Assembly (NCBI GenBank): GCA_044353005.1
Contig: JBILCS010000001.1
Location: forward strand, 4,287-68,286
DNA from: Sediminibacterium sp.
GTDB taxonomy: Bacteria > Bacteroidota > Bacteroidia > Chitinophagales > Chitinophagaceae
Reading direction: 5' to 3'
DNA: 64,000 nt
The stretch's first letter is position 1. Each line of letters begins with the position of its first letter. The notes beneath the pieces were generated by a model. That model worked only from the letters and a program-made list of their open reading frames with translations, searched no databases and was not told where the DNA came from. A program made the position numbers and the translations under genes. Shown here in pieces: positions 51,084 through 62,535 of the stretch.

Positions 51084-51785
51084 ATGCAATCAACAGAACA
51101 ATCAAAACCATTATTTGGTGCAGACAACAATGCTTTAGTAGCACTTGTGTCGGCGAATTTAATGTTTGCAGTGACTTATGCCATGACAAGGATGGTCTTC
51201 TTTTTAGAAGGGCTGCCTATGGCTCAATTTTATGACCAAGTGGTACATCATTTTATGTTATCGCCTTATTACCAAGAAGCATTAGAAAAACCTTGGACTT
51301 TTTTTATATACAATTGGTCTCACGATCAATTTTGGACACTTTGTGGTAATATGATTTGGCTAACTGTTTTTGGTACTATTTTACAAAATCAAAAAGCCAA
51401 TAAGCATCTATTTCCAATTTATCTATACAGCGGCATACTTGGCGCAATTGCGTTTATTGCAATGGGTGCAGGTGTTTCCTTTATGGGCGCAGAATTGAGT
51501 ATCATGGCATTGGCCACTGCCGCATTGAGCCTGAATCCAACCTATCAACTTCAATTCAATGGAACAAGAGGTATCCCTGTTTGGTTAATATTTACAGTGT
51601 ATTTTATACTTCAGTTGGCAACACATATAACTGGCACACCCGTGTTCTTTTTAACATTTAATGTGGGAGGATTAGTAGGTGTATTGTATATGTATTTATT
51701 AAAAAAGAAAATTGATTTAGGCAATTGGATGCACGTTATGGTGAAAAAATGTAATGGTTTTTTAGCCCCAAAAGAGGCGCAATAA
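51084..51785 (+). CDS. Rhomboid-like protein, apparently lacking the catalytic dyad
   Basis: KPWT...H...GNM rhomboid features; GAEL in place of GASG and NVGG in place of HxGG; start moved to ATG 51084. Confidence 0.7.
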   Translation: MQSTEQSKPLFGADNNALVALVSANLMFAVTYAMTRMVFFLEGLPMAQFYDQVVHHFMLSPYYQEALEKPWTFFIYNWSHDQFWTLCGNMIWLTVFGTILQNQKANKHLFPIYLYSGILGAIAFIAMGAGVSFMGAELSIMALATAALSLNPTYQLQFNGTRGIPVWLIFTVYFILQLATHITGTPVFFLTFNVGGLVGVLYMYLLKKKIDLGNWMHVMVKKCNGFLAPKEAQ

Positions 51786-51800
51786 AAATTCAATTTGATT

Positions 51801-52916
51801 ATGGCAAAAAAATCACGCATAAGAATTTTTGGCAAAGGACTACTATTGTCAGTCCATCTTATGTTTGTGTTATTGCTATTGTATCCACAATTTTTCATGC
51901 CGCTTGGATTGATCTGGGTGAATGGATTTTTAAGTTTAATTGCGCCTTATGTTGTGGTCTTGCATCTGTTATTTTTATTTATCTGGCTGATAGCTAAACC
52001 TATACTATCATTGATTTCTGTGACAACACTTGCCATTGCATATCCAACTATATTGGTTTTATTTGCATGGCATCCAGGTGCACCCTTTTCACAAAAAAAG
52101 AAAGACAATAGCTTACGCATTACTAGTTTTAATGTCAAAGAGTTTAATGGCAATACACCACAACCAATTGGACATAAATTAAGAACAGAAGATATTGCAG
52201 CGTCCATTCAAAAATGGGATCCAGATATTATTTGCTTGCAAGAATACAATACCAAAGAACTTATCAATGATATTGCCAACCATGCCACCTATTTTGATCA
52301 AAACTATCCGTATTCCTTTTTTTCCAAAGACCATCAAATCAATGAGGCTAATTATTTTGCAGGCAATATCATTTATTCAAAATATAAAATCCTCTACGCC
52401 GAAAGGGTACCATTTACCAATCAAGAAAGCTTGATCTATGTGGATTTATTGAAAGGGGATGATACCATTCGAGTTTTTACAACGCATTTAGCTTCTTTTA
52501 AATTTAAACAAGATGATTTTGAGGCGATTGATGATGCAGCGGATGCCAATGAAGCAGCATTAAAAGCAAAGTATGGGGTTATGCGTAAAATGAAAAATGC
52601 ATTTATGATTCGTGCAGTACAGGCAGCAACCATACAAGCACAACTTGCAAAAAGTCCTTATCCCACTGTAATCACAGGAGATTTTAATGATGTCCCAAGT
52701 TCCTATACCTATAAACAAATAAAAGGGAAAATGCAGGACGCTTTTTTAAAAAAGGGTTTCGGAATTGGAGCCACCTACATGAACTTGTCTCCTACTTTAA
52801 GAATAGATTATATCATGGCGGATAAAAGATGGCAAGTCAAGGGCTGGGAGTCTTTGGATGAGAACCTAAGTGACCATCATATGATTATGGCGGACCTTCA
52901 ATTGGTTAAGAATTAG
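51801..52916 (+). CDS. Endonuclease/exonuclease/phosphatase family protein, membrane anchored
   Basis: SFNV, CLQE, THL, GDFND, RIDY, SDH. Confidence 0.9.
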   Translation: MAKKSRIRIFGKGLLLSVHLMFVLLLLYPQFFMPLGLIWVNGFLSLIAPYVVVLHLLFLFIWLIAKPILSLISVTTLAIAYPTILVLFAWHPGAPFSQKKKDNSLRITSFNVKEFNGNTPQPIGHKLRTEDIAASIQKWDPDIICLQEYNTKELINDIANHATYFDQNYPYSFFSKDHQINEANYFAGNIIYSKYKILYAERVPFTNQESLIYVDLLKGDDTIRVFTTHLASFKFKQDDFEAIDDAADANEAALKAKYGVMRKMKNAFMIRAVQAATIQAQLAKSPYPTVITGDFNDVPSSYTYKQIKGKMQDAFLKKGFGIGATYMNLSPTLRIDYIMADKRWQVKGWESLDENLSDHHMIMADLQLVKN

Positions 52917-52957
52917 CCATTCTATTAGGTAAAATAAAATTATCTTTGAGTTCTACT

Positions 52958-54460
52958 ATGCCACTAAAAATATACAACTCGCTTACCCGTCAAAAAGAAG
53001 TTTTTGAACCTATTAATGCACCTTATGTGGGCATGTACATTTGTGGTCCAACTGTAAGCGGTGAAAGTCATTTAGGACATGCAAGGCCATTTATTACTTT
53101 TGATGTAGTCTACAGATACCTTTTACATAAGGGATATAAAGTACGTTATGTAAGAAATATTACGGATGCTGGCCATTTTGAAGAAGAAGGAAAGGTAGCG
53201 GAAGATAAAATTTCAAGCAAGGCGATTTTAGAAAAATTAGAGCCCATGGAATTGGTGCAGAAATACACCAACCTATACCACTGGGCTATGACACAGTTCA
53301 ACAATTTGCCACCAAGTATAGAACCCACAGCGACTGGACATATTGTAGAACAAATAGAAATGATTAAAAAAATATTGGCCGATGGATATGCTTACGAGTC
53401 CAATGGTTCTGTATATTTTGATGTCGTAAAATACAATGACGATTATTCCAAAAAGAATCAACCCTATGGTATTTTAAGTGGTCGCAATATTGAAGAGCAA
53501 TTAGAATCCACAAGAGATTTAGAAAATCAAGAAGAGAAAAAAAATAAAGTAGATTTTGCTTTATGGAAAAAAGCACCTGTTGAACATATCATGCGTTGGC
53601 AAAGCCCATGGGGAGAAGGCTTTCCGGGATGGCATATTGAATGTTCTGCTATGGCAACAAAGTATTTAGGAAAACAATTTGACATCCATGGCGGCGGGAT
53701 GGATTTACAATTTCCACACCACGAGTGTGAGATTGCACAAAGTACTGTTTGCAATGATCAAATGCCTGCGCGTTATTGGATGCATAATAATATGATTACC
53801 ATTAATGGCCGTAAGATGGGCAAGAGTTATAACAATGTGATTAAGTTAAGTGAATTGTTCGAAGGCAATCATGCTGAACTTACGCAAGCCTATACTCCAA
53901 TGACTGTTCGATTCTTTATTTTACAAAGTCAATATCGCGGCACATTGGATTTTAGCAATGAAGCATTACAGGCTTCAGAAAAAGCATTGCGCAGATTCAT
54001 GGAGGGATACGAGTGGCTACAAGCACAAAATTTTGGAAAGGAAACTTTTTCAAAAGACGAAGCACTAGCTAGACAACTAACTACCTGGATCAACGAATTA
54101 GAAACTTTCATGGATGACGATATCAATACTGCAAAAGTGGTGGCTAATTTATTTGAAATCCTCCCAAGTATTAATTCCTTAAAGGATAAGCATATTGCAC
54201 CAGATGCAGTAGCTGGAACTATTTGGGCAACTGTTCAAACACAATTAAAACTATTTGTAGAATCCATTTTAGGATTAAAAGTAGAACAGGGCGCCAATCG
54301 CCAACAATTGAATGGCGTGGTGGAATTGTTGATTGAAATTAGAAAACAAGCAAAGGAAAATAAAGATTTTGCTACCAGCGATAAAATCAGGAATCAATTA
54401 GCAGAGATGGGGATTCAGTTAAAGGACGAGAAAGACGGAAGTATGAGTTATAGCCTCTAA
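52958..54460 (+). CDS. cysS: Cysteine--tRNA ligase
   Basis: [37 protein letters not shown]. Confidence 0.98.
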   Translation: MPLKIYNSLTRQKEVFEPINAPYVGMYICGPTVSGESHLGHARPFITFDVVYRYLLHKGYKVRYVRNITDAGHFEEEGKVAEDKISSKAILEKLEPMELVQKYTNLYHWAMTQFNNLPPSIEPTATGHIVEQIEMIKKILADGYAYESNGSVYFDVVKYNDDYSKKNQPYGILSGRNIEEQLESTRDLENQEEKKNKVDFALWKKAPVEHIMRWQSPWGEGFPGWHIECSAMATKYLGKQFDIHGGGMDLQFPHHECEIAQSTVCNDQMPARYWMHNNMITINGRKMGKSYNNVIKLSELFEGNHAELTQAYTPMTVRFFILQSQYRGTLDFSNEALQASEKALRRFMEGYEWLQAQNFGKETFSKDEALARQLTTWINELETFMDDDINTAKVVANLFEILPSINSLKDKHIAPDAVAGTIWATVQTQLKLFVESILGLKVEQGANRQQLNGVVELLIEIRKQAKENKDFATSDKIRNQLAEMGIQLKDEKDGSMSYSL

Positions 54461-54468
54461 TGATCGCC

Positions 54469-54861
54469 CTAATGATCACAATCATCTTCATGCGCATGGT
54501 TATGCATTCTACAACTATTATGGTTGTTGATATGCGCGATGATAATAAAAAATGCAGCAGGGAACAATAAGAATAATTCGACTTCTCTAAAGACCATTCT
54601 ACAAAACATCAATCCTATCCCTATACTAAATAAGATAATTGGCTTAAAGCTGTGGTGGTGTTTTTTGTAACCATGGTATAAAGAATAGGCCCCAATCCCA
54701 AAAGAAAGCAGGATCATCCCAAACTCAAAATTTGGATTGTGTAATACATTGATGCCTAATAAAGGAAGGGTACTAAAAAATAAGGGCAATAGGGCACAAT
54801 GAATGGCACAAGCCAAAGATGCTCCTACTCCAATTGCGTCCCAATTCCAGTTTTTAAACAT
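54469..54861 (-). CDS. MerC-domain membrane protein
   Basis: SLACAIHC, 4 TM helices, His/Cys-rich C-tail HNHAHEDDCDH. Confidence 0.8.
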   Translation of the reverse strand: MFKNWNWDAIGVGASLACAIHCALLPLFFSTLPLLGINVLHNPNFEFGMILLSFGIGAYSLYHGYKKHHHSFKPIILFSIGIGLMFCRMVFREVELFLLFPAAFFIIIAHINNHNSCRMHNHAHEDDCDH

Positions 54862-54927
54862 AATGCAAAGCTAAGTCAATACCCTGAAAATAATAGTAAC
54901 TTTGTGTCGCATTTAAAGCAAATCAAG

Positions 54928-55536
54928 ATGTCCAAGAAATCACTTATTTACCTTGCATTTTTCGTAGTCCTTCTTACGGGGTTTTATTATTTTTTATTTA
55001 GAGGAACCGACAATTGGAAAGTAAAAATGCCTGTCTTAAGCTATGTACAACCCTTTTCTTTTACCAATCAGGACGGAAAGACAGTGACAGAAAAAGTGTT
55101 ACAAAATAAAATAACTGTCGTAGAATACTTTTTTACAACTTGCAAGGGCATCTGTCCTAAGCTGAATAAAAATATGAAAGAGATTTATTTAGTGTATAAA
55201 GACAAGCCTGATTTTCAAATTCTTTCTCATACTTGTAATCCAGAAACAGATTCTGTGCCAGTATTAAAACACTATGCAGACTCTTTAGAAGTGAATACTG
55301 CGCAATGGATTTTCTTAACTGGCCGAAAAGATAGTCTCTACCAAATGGCTCGCGGTTCTTATTTGCTAGATGATCCAAAAAACAATGTGGTTAAAATAGA
55401 AGACCAATTTATCCATACCCAATTTTTTGCTTTAGTAGACAGAAACGGTAAAGTACGTGGTAAAATATATGATGGACTAAAGACTTTAGAAGTCGAACAA
55501 TTAAAAGTAGATATCGCTCGATTGATGAAAGAATAG
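54928..55536 (+). CDS. SCO family copper chaperone
   Basis: FFTTCKGICP, FIHT; start moved to ATG 54928. Confidence 0.9.
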   Translation: MSKKSLIYLAFFVVLLTGFYYFLFRGTDNWKVKMPVLSYVQPFSFTNQDGKTVTEKVLQNKITVVEYFFTTCKGICPKLNKNMKEIYLVYKDKPDFQILSHTCNPETDSVPVLKHYADSLEVNTAQWIFLTGRKDSLYQMARGSYLLDDPKNNVVKIEDQFIHTQFFALVDRNGKVRGKIYDGLKTLEVEQLKVDIARLMKE

Positions 55537-55577
55537 CCGTGCATCATAAAGACGTAAACAACGTAAAATTTTTTGAA

Positions 55578-56555
55578 ATGATTTTTGTAACAGGCGCAAG
55601 TGGTTTAGTAGGATCTCATTTAATCCAATCTTTATTAAGTAAAGGGAAAAAAGTGCGTGCCCTGTATCGTCAAGCTGTGCCTGTCTTTGCGGGATCCGAA
55701 CAATGTGAGTGGATCCAAGGAGATATCTTAGATCCCATAGGTCTAACGGAGGCTTTAGCAGGTGTTGACTATGTGTATCATTGTGCAGCGATTGTATCTT
55801 TTGCACCAGGTGCAGCAGCAAAAATGTTGCAATCTAATGTAGACGGAACAGCCAATGTGGTGAATGCTTGTTTAGAGCAAAAAATAAAAAAATTAATTTT
55901 CGTAAGTTCGGTCGCTGCATTAGGAAGAATAAGAGAAAACGAAGCGATAGATGAATCCATGCACTGGACACCAGCTACAAGTAATAGTGTGTATGGCCAA
56001 TCAAAATATTTAGCTGAATTAGAAGTTTGGAGAGCCATGGAAGAAGGATTGCCTATGGCGATTGTGAATCCTGTTATTATATTAGGTGCAGGAGATTGGA
56101 ACAATGGTTCATCGGGTATTTTTAAATCGGCTTACAATGAGTTCCCTTGGTACACGAGTGGCATGAGTGGTTTTGTAGATGTATTGGATGTAGTGGACGC
56201 CATGCAAATATTAATGGAAAGTAATGTGACTGGACAGCGCTATGTGTTGAGTGCAGAAAATCTAAACTATAGAAGTATATTTAATGCAATTGCAAAAGCA
56301 TTTAATAAAAGACTGCCACATAAAAAAGTAACTCCATTTTTGGCAGGGATTGTTTGGAGATTGGAAGCCATCAAGGGTTTCATCACTGGTAAAGCGCCCT
56401 TATTAACTAAAGAAACTGCAGCAACAGCTCAAGCAACTGTAAGGTTTAACAATCAAAAATTCTTGAATGCGTTTCCAAATTTTCAATATCGGAATATAGA
56501 TGATACGATTATAAGAGTCGCCAAGGAGTTAAAAGCAATCCACCAGCTTTCTTAA
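55578..56555 (+). CDS. NAD-dependent epimerase/dehydratase (dihydroflavonol reductase-like)
   Basis: [19 protein letters not shown]. Confidence 0.88.
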   Translation: MIFVTGASGLVGSHLIQSLLSKGKKVRALYRQAVPVFAGSEQCEWIQGDILDPIGLTEALAGVDYVYHCAAIVSFAPGAAAKMLQSNVDGTANVVNACLEQKIKKLIFVSSVAALGRIRENEAIDESMHWTPATSNSVYGQSKYLAELEVWRAMEEGLPMAIVNPVIILGAGDWNNGSSGIFKSAYNEFPWYTSGMSGFVDVLDVVDAMQILMESNVTGQRYVLSAENLNYRSIFNAIAKAFNKRLPHKKVTPFLAGIVWRLEAIKGFITGKAPLLTKETAATAQATVRFNNQKFLNAFPNFQYRNIDDTIIRVAKELKAIHQLS

Positions 56556-57499
56556 TCTTCCATCATTTTTTTCCAAAGTGCAGGAATTCTTCTAATCCAC
56601 ACATACTCTCTACGTTTCACGCTTGCGTCTTCTGCTGGAAAGCCTAGGTATGTTTTATTGCCTTCAATTGAATTTACCACACCCGATTGACCAAGCACCA
56701 CAGCATTTTCTCCAATCGTTAGGGTCTTGTTTACACCAACCTGCCCCCAAAGGGTCACACCAGCTTTAACTTTTACTCCTCCAGCTATCCCCACTTGTGC
56801 TGCGATTAAACAATTGGCTTCTAATTGAGTATCATGACCAATATGGACCATATTGTCTAGCTTAGATCCCATACCAATAATGGTATCACCACTCACCCCG
56901 CGGTCAATGGTACAACTTGCTCCAATTTCAGCCTTATCTTCAATAATGACACGCCCACAACTTGGCATTTTTACATACCAAGCAGGCCTATTTTTTTTAG
57001 TGTTATAATAAAATGCATCTGATCCAATTACTGTATTGGATTGTATGATTACATGGTCTCCAATAATCGTATCTGCTAAAATAATCACCCCGGGATGAAT
57101 GATACAATGGTCACCAATTTGCACATTGGAACCAATAAAAACATTTGGCATCACCACGCTATTAGTACCTATTTTTAAGTCAGAACTAATTGATTCTGTG
57201 CTTATTTTAAATGGTTTAAAGTGATGAATGAGTTTTGCATAGGCATCAAAAGGGGCATCACAATACAATAAAGTTTTTCCTTTAGGAAGTTCCACCTCCT
57301 TGCTATTGATGATAATACAAGTGGCAGCACTATTGATACAAGTAGCATAATATTTTGGATGATCTACAAAGACAATATCACCAGTTTCTACTTGATGAAT
57401 TTCATTGATTCCTGTGATAAAATTTTGATCATTACCAATGATTTCTGCGTTTATAAATTCAGATAACCATTGTACCGAAACGGGTGTAGAAAGCTTCAT
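56552..57499 (-). CDS. lpxD: LpxD-like UDP-3-O-acyl-glucosamine N-acyltransferase
   Basis: LpxD N-domain plus hexapeptide repeats, [23 protein letters not shown]. Confidence 0.78.
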   Translation of the reverse strand: MKLSTPVSVQWLSEFINAEIIGNDQNFITGINEIHQVETGDIVFVDHPKYYATCINSAATCIIINSKEVELPKGKTLLYCDAPFDAYAKLIHHFKPFKISTESISSDLKIGTNSVVMPNVFIGSNVQIGDHCIIHPGVIILADTIIGDHVIIQSNTVIGSDAFYYNTKKNRPAWYVKMPSCGRVIIEDKAEIGASCTIDRGVSGDTIIGMGSKLDNMVHIGHDTQLEANCLIAAQVGIAGGVKVKAGVTLWGQVGVNKTLTIGENAVVLGQSGVVNSIEGNKTYLGFPAEDASVKRREYVWIRRIPALWKKMMED

Positions 57500-57838
57500 A
57501 TGCGTGATTTTGGGCTAAATCAAAGATAATGCGCCTTTTTTATAAAAAATTTTTTTAACAAAAATACTTGCTAAATAGAGGCAATTTTTATTCATAAAAT
57601 TGATCTTCAAGATTTATTTGATGCAGTATATTTTAAAATTATGATTTAATGAAAACCTTTGTTTATAAGTGTTTCAGCGATTTAATTTTTTTATAACTGA
57701 AAATAAAATTGATTTTAAATCTGCTGATTGTTTATTTTTATTGCTTTAAAATTGCGCTTCTAAAAGGCTATTTGTGGATAAACCCGAAAAATTTGTTTAC
57801 AATTTATTTGTAATTAGAATAAAGTATATTTAATATTG

Positions 57839-57912
57839 TGAAGGGAATTCAATTCCCGTACTTACTAACCCATCTATATACGAGGTCCCACTGATGTGGG
57901 ACTTTGTTTTTT
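57839..57912 (+). ncRNA. Candidate small RNA (about 73 nt) with its own promoter and intrinsic terminator
   Basis: TTTG(57807)-N20-TAATATTG(57831) promoter; hairpin GGGAAT-TCA-ATTCCC; terminator GTCCCAC-TGAT-GTGGGAC + TTTGTTTTTT. Confidence 0.55.
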
Positions 57913-57937
57913 AAGCCGCTCAAACAAGTACAAATTC

Positions 57938-58519
57938 ATGGACTATTTTTTAATCTACAAACCTTTTCAAGTGCTTTCGCAATTCACTTCAATAGAAGGC
58001 AAATTGTGCTTAAAAGACATCTTGCACGTACCTACAGATGTGTATCCAGTTGGTAGATTAGATTATGATAGTGAAGGTTTATTATTGATTACGAATGATA
58101 AAAGCATCAATCAACAATTATTAAATCCTTTACATGCGCATCAACGTACTTATTGGGTACAAGTAGATGGCACTATTACAGAAGCAGCTTTAGCACAATT
58201 AAGCAAGGGTGTGCCCATTAATGTGGATGGTAAAATCTATCAAACCAAGTCTGCTATACTGGAACAGTTGCCAGATCATGTAGAAGTCCCAGATCGCAAT
58301 CCCCCTATTCGATTTAGAAAAAGCATCCCAACTAGCTGGGTAGCGATACAAATCACCGAAGGCAAGCATCGTCAGGTACGTAAAATGTTTGCACAGGTTG
58401 GTTTTCCAGTCCTACGTTTAATTAGGGCAAAACTGGGTAAGTATTCCATTCACAACATGCAACCAGGGGATTGTCTTTCTTTAACGGCGTCGGAAGTTCA
58501 GGAAGGCTTCTTTCGCTAA
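57938..58519 (+). CDS. RsuA/RluE-family rRNA pseudouridine synthase
   Basis: YKP, VGRLDYDSEGLLL, PPIRFRKSIPT, EGKHRQVRKM; start moved to ATG 57938. Confidence 0.92.
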   Translation: MDYFLIYKPFQVLSQFTSIEGKLCLKDILHVPTDVYPVGRLDYDSEGLLLITNDKSINQQLLNPLHAHQRTYWVQVDGTITEAALAQLSKGVPINVDGKIYQTKSAILEQLPDHVEVPDRNPPIRFRKSIPTSWVAIQITEGKHRQVRKMFAQVGFPVLRLIRAKLGKYSIHNMQPGDCLSLTASEVQEGFFR

Positions 58520-58573
58520 TTGACTGCTAAGTTTTACTTTTGCAGTAATACAATAAAATATCAACCGATTATA

Positions 58574-60091
58574 ATGAGTCATTTATCAGAGCAGGAAATT
58601 ATTAGAAGAGAAAAGCTACAAGCTTTAGCAGCGGCAGGGATTGATCCTTATCCTGCCCCTTTGTTCCCGGTAACACATTTATCACAAGACATCAGGGCAG
58701 GTTTTACAGAGGAGACTAAAGATCAATTTGCTGCAGTTTGTGTTGCTGGACGTATCATGAGTGTGAATGACAAGGGCAAAGTATTATTTGTAAAAATTCA
58801 AGACGATCAAGGCATATTCCAGTTATACGTAAAGCGAGATGAGATCTGTCCAGACGAAGACAAAACTTATTGGGACTTAATTACCAAGAATGGATTAGAC
58901 CTTGGAGATATCATTGGCGCAACTGGTTATGTATTTACGACTAAAACAGGAGAGACCTCATTACACGCATCTACCTTAACCTTATTGGCAAAATCATTAA
59001 AGCCATTGCCTGTTGTAAAAAGAGATGAGTCAGGACAAGTATTTGACGCGGTAACAGATCCAGAGTTTAGGTACCGTCAACGCTATGCTGATTTAATTAT
59101 CAATCCAGAAGTGAAAGATACTTTCACTAAGCGTACCATATTAATGAATACTATACGCCAGTTCTTAAACGATCGTGGTGCATTAGAAGTGGATACGCCA
59201 GTATTGCAATCTATTCCGGGTGGCGCTGCTGCAAGGCCATTTGTGACGCATCATAATGCATTGGATGTACCATTTTATTTACGCATTGCAAATGAATTGT
59301 ATTTAAAGCGTTTGATTGTGGGTGGTTTTGATTGGGTGTATGAGTTTAGTAGAAATTTCCGCAACGAAGGGATGGACCGCACACATAATCCTGAGTTTAC
59401 TGTTTTAGAATGGTATACTGCCTACAAAGATTATTTATGGATGATGGAAATTACAGAACAGTTGTTTGAGAAAATAGCGTTGACATTACACGGCAAAACA
59501 GAATTACAAGTAGGTGATAAGACAATCAATTTTAAAGCACCATATAAGCGCATCAGCATCTTGGATGCCATCAAAGAGAATACAGGTATAGATATTAGCG
59601 GGATGGATGAAGCAGGCTTAAGAGATGTGTGTAAGCAATTAAAGATAGATGTACCTCCAACCATTGGCAAGGGCAAGTTGATTGATGAATTATTTGGTGC
59701 CACAAGTGAGCATACTTATACCCAACCAACTTTTATTATTGACTATCCAGTAGAAATGAGTCCATTGACAAAGAAGCATAGAACGAAGGAAGGATTGGTA
59801 GAGCGATTTGAATTAATGGTGAATGGAAAAGAATTAGCGAATGCCTATACCGAGTTAAATGATCCGATTGAGCAACGCAAGCGATTCGAAGATCAATTGG
59901 CTTTAATGGAAAGAGGTGACGACGAAGCGATGTTTATTGACCATGACTTTTTAAGAGCGCTAGAATACGGCATGCCACCAACATCGGGTATTGGTATTGG
60001 AATAGATCGTTTGTGTATGATGATGTTGAATCAACCATCTATACAAGACGTATTGTTCTTCCCTCAGATGCGCCCTGAATCCTTTGAATAA
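58574..60091 (+). CDS. lysS: Lysine--tRNA ligase (class II)
   Basis: YRQRY, FRNEG, HNPEFT, YGMPPTSGIGIGIDRL; start moved to ATG 58574. Confidence 0.98.
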   Translation: MSHLSEQEIIRREKLQALAAAGIDPYPAPLFPVTHLSQDIRAGFTEETKDQFAAVCVAGRIMSVNDKGKVLFVKIQDDQGIFQLYVKRDEICPDEDKTYWDLITKNGLDLGDIIGATGYVFTTKTGETSLHASTLTLLAKSLKPLPVVKRDESGQVFDAVTDPEFRYRQRYADLIINPEVKDTFTKRTILMNTIRQFLNDRGALEVDTPVLQSIPGGAAARPFVTHHNALDVPFYLRIANELYLKRLIVGGFDWVYEFSRNFRNEGMDRTHNPEFTVLEWYTAYKDYLWMMEITEQLFEKIALTLHGKTELQVGDKTINFKAPYKRISILDAIKENTGIDISGMDEAGLRDVCKQLKIDVPPTIGKGKLIDELFGATSEHTYTQPTFIIDYPVEMSPLTKKHRTKEGLVERFELMVNGKELANAYTELNDPIEQRKRFEDQLALMERGDDEAMFIDHDFLRALEYGMPPTSGIGIGIDRLCMMMLNQPSIQDVLFFPQMRPESFE

Positions 60092-60098
60092 GATATGT

Positions 60099-60192
60099 AA
60101 AAAAAATGAGGCACCCGTTTTTCGGGTGCCTTAAAAAATCATTAGAGGTTAAAGTAAAAGAAGCGTACATTTTTCATTACGCTTCTTTTACT
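60099..60192. terminator. Two hairpin terminators between convergent lysS and the amidohydrolase gene
   Basis: GAGGCACCCG/CGGGTGCCTT (60108-60132) with an upstream A-tract; AGTAAAAGAAGCGTA/TACGCTTCTTTTACT (60153-60192). Confidence 0.75.
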
Positions 60193-60196
60193 AACA

Positions 60197-61657
60197 CTAA
60201 TCTCTATAATTCAAAGCCGGCTTGATATCACCTAATAAAGCTTTGTATTTATATTCGCCAATAGATTTATTAAATTCTTCTGTTGCTTTTTTAATCAATT
60301 CAGGATTGCTCATTAAATCAATTGCAGTGAGTGCCATTGTTTTACTAGCCACTAGCATACCCTTTGTGCCAATCTCTGTTCCACCAGATGCAACTGCTTG
60401 CCAGCTATGCGCAGCAGTTCCTGGAACCCATGTAGCTGCGCGCAATCCCACTGTTGGTTTTGTATAACTCACATCACCTACATCTGTCGAACCACTATTG
60501 CCTTCGTTGATATAAGTCAATGGTTTTATTGAAGCAGCAGTTGCTAAATCTACCGGAGCAACCATGGTTGGTTGTAATTTTTTAGCAAAAGCCATTTCTG
60601 CTTCTGAATAGTTAACACCTCCTACTTTATCTAAGTTGGCTTGCATTGTTTCTGCAAGGGTCTTATTAATTAATAAATCGTGTGTGCCACCTATGATATC
60701 ATATTTCATTGTTGTACCAGTTCCTAGAGCAGCACCTTCTGCAGCTTTCACCACTCTATCAAAAATTTCTACTACTTCTTTTCTTCTTGGATGACGCACA
60801 TAGTAATACACTTCTGCAAAATCAGGAATCACATTAGGCGCTTTACCACCATTGGTGATCACATAATGGATTCTAGTTTCTTGAGGAATATGTTCACGCA
60901 TCATGTTCACCATATTGTCCATCGCTTCTACCGCATCTAATGCAGATCTGCCTTGGTCTGGTGCAGCAGCAGCATGTGCTGAAATACCATAAAATTTAAA
61001 CTTAGCTGATTTATTTGCTAAAGCACTTGTTGTAGTAATCGCATTCACATCATCAGGATGCCAGTGAATCACCGCATCTAAATTATTGAACAAGCCTTCT
61101 CTTACTAAAAACACTTTACCACTACCACCTTCTTCTGCAGGTGTTCCAAAAACCTTGATGGTCCCTTTTAATTTACCAGCAGCAATTAATTCTTTAATGG
61201 CAATACCAGCAGATACGCTTGCTGTTCCAAATAAATGATGTCCACAAGCGTGTCCAGCATTTTTCCCCGCAATGGGATCTCTTTCTGCCGATGCAGATTG
61301 ATTGATACCAGGCAAGGCATCATACTCGGCTAAAATACCAATAGCAGGACTACCAGTGCCATAAGTTGCCACAAATGCAGTTGGAATCCCTGCAACGCCA
61401 GTTTCAACGGTGAAACCAGCATCTCTTAAATGTTGAATATGCAATGCAGCACTTTTTACTTCTTTATAACCTACTTCTGCAAAATCCCAAATCTGCAATG
61501 CAGTTTTCTTGTCTGCATCGTAAGCATTATTCAATGCAGCGATTGCAGTTTCTTTATTGGTATTGATTTGAGCAGTTGCAGGATCTACTTTTGCTTTCTT
61601 TTGTGCCCAAGCACCAAAAGATAAAAATAGCATCGCTCCAAGTAATAGTTTTTTCAT
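60197..61657 (-). CDS. M20 family amidohydrolase (AbgB-like), exported
   Basis: EYDALP, HACGHH, PAEE, WHP, GSTDVGDVS; signal peptide. Confidence 0.9.
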   Translation of the reverse strand: MKKLLLGAMLFLSFGAWAQKKAKVDPATAQINTNKETAIAALNNAYDADKKTALQIWDFAEVGYKEVKSAALHIQHLRDAGFTVETGVAGIPTAFVATYGTGSPAIGILAEYDALPGINQSASAERDPIAGKNAGHACGHHLFGTASVSAGIAIKELIAAGKLKGTIKVFGTPAEEGGSGKVFLVREGLFNNLDAVIHWHPDDVNAITTTSALANKSAKFKFYGISAHAAAAPDQGRSALDAVEAMDNMVNMMREHIPQETRIHYVITNGGKAPNVIPDFAEVYYYVRHPRRKEVVEIFDRVVKAAEGAALGTGTTMKYDIIGGTHDLLINKTLAETMQANLDKVGGVNYSEAEMAFAKKLQPTMVAPVDLATAASIKPLTYINEGNSGSTDVGDVSYTKPTVGLRAATWVPGTAAHSWQAVASGGTEIGTKGMLVASKTMALTAIDLMSNPELIKKATEEFNKSIGEYKYKALLGDIKPALNYRD

Positions 61658-61674
61658 CTTGTTGTTTTAAATCA

Positions 61675-62502
61675 TTATAAAAATAAGTCGGTATACAAAT
61701 GTCCACCCGGTACTACGGAATAGTGGGATAGGTCTGTAACGCCCTCTGCTGCTAAGACCGCTTCGTCCACAAAGGTTTGACCAGTGTAGACCATAGGTTT
61801 TTTTGTAACAATGGCATAAGCCGCATCAGCAAGTATAGCCGGCGTACGACTCATATTGGCAAGTGCTTCACCGCCTAATAAATTTCTGACAGCTGCAGTA
61901 TCAATGGTGGTGCGCGGCCATAAAGCGTTCACTGAAATTTGATCTTCTTTAAATTCTTCTGCCCATCCAAGCGTCATCATGCTCATATTGTATTTAGTAA
62001 TGGTGTATGCAACGTGTGGACCTAACCATTTTGCTGCTAAATTAATTGGAGGCGATAAAGTTAAAATATGCGCATGGGTAGATTTTCTCAAATAAGGTAG
62101 CGCATGTTGCACCACTAAAAAAGTACCACGCACATTGATGCTTTGCATCAAGTCAAATCTTTTACTAGGAGTATGTTCAGTATCGGTTAATTGAATGGCA
62201 GATGCGTTGTTAATTAAAATATCAATGCCACCAAATTTTTCTATTGTCAATTTTACGGCATTTGCAATTTGTGCTTCATCTCTGATGTCTACCTGCACTG
62301 CTAAAGCGCTTACACCCAATGCTTCTACTTCTGCAGCAGCAGAGTAAATTGTTCCTCCTAGTCGTGGATCTTCCTCTACCGACTTCGCCGCAATCACAAT
62401 GTTAGCGCCTGCTGCAGCTAATTTAAGTGCAATGGCTTTACCAATTCCCCTGCTTCCACCAGTGATAAAAACTGTTTTTCCTAGTAGTGTTTTGTCAGAC
62501 AT
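61675..62502 (-). CDS. SDR oxidoreductase (HSDL2-like)
   Basis: TGGSRGIG, NNASAI, LSPP, YTITK, WPRT. Confidence 0.88.
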   Translation of the reverse strand: MSDKTLLGKTVFITGGSRGIGKAIALKLAAAGANIVIAAKSVEEDPRLGGTIYSAAAEVEALGVSALAVQVDIRDEAQIANAVKLTIEKFGGIDILINNASAIQLTDTEHTPSKRFDLMQSINVRGTFLVVQHALPYLRKSTHAHILTLSPPINLAAKWLGPHVAYTITKYNMSMMTLGWAEEFKEDQISVNALWPRTTIDTAAVRNLLGGEALANMSRTPAILADAAYAIVTKKPMVYTGQTFVDEAVLAAEGVTDLSHYSVVPGGHLYTDLFL

Positions 62503-62535
62503 GTTATTTGTATTTAATAAATTTTAAGAAAGCAA

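Noticed and set aside
54469-54861. MerC-domain gene as a mercury-resistance transposon
   Set aside because: No merA/merR/merP, transposase or inverted repeats; stand-alone MerC-domain genes are common
731-61624. Numerous 60-170 aa ORFs antisense to or out of frame within long genes (e.g. 49822-50334, 10953-11321, 29832-30200)
   Set aside because: Shadow ORFs wholly overlapping well-supported genes, with no recognisable motifs
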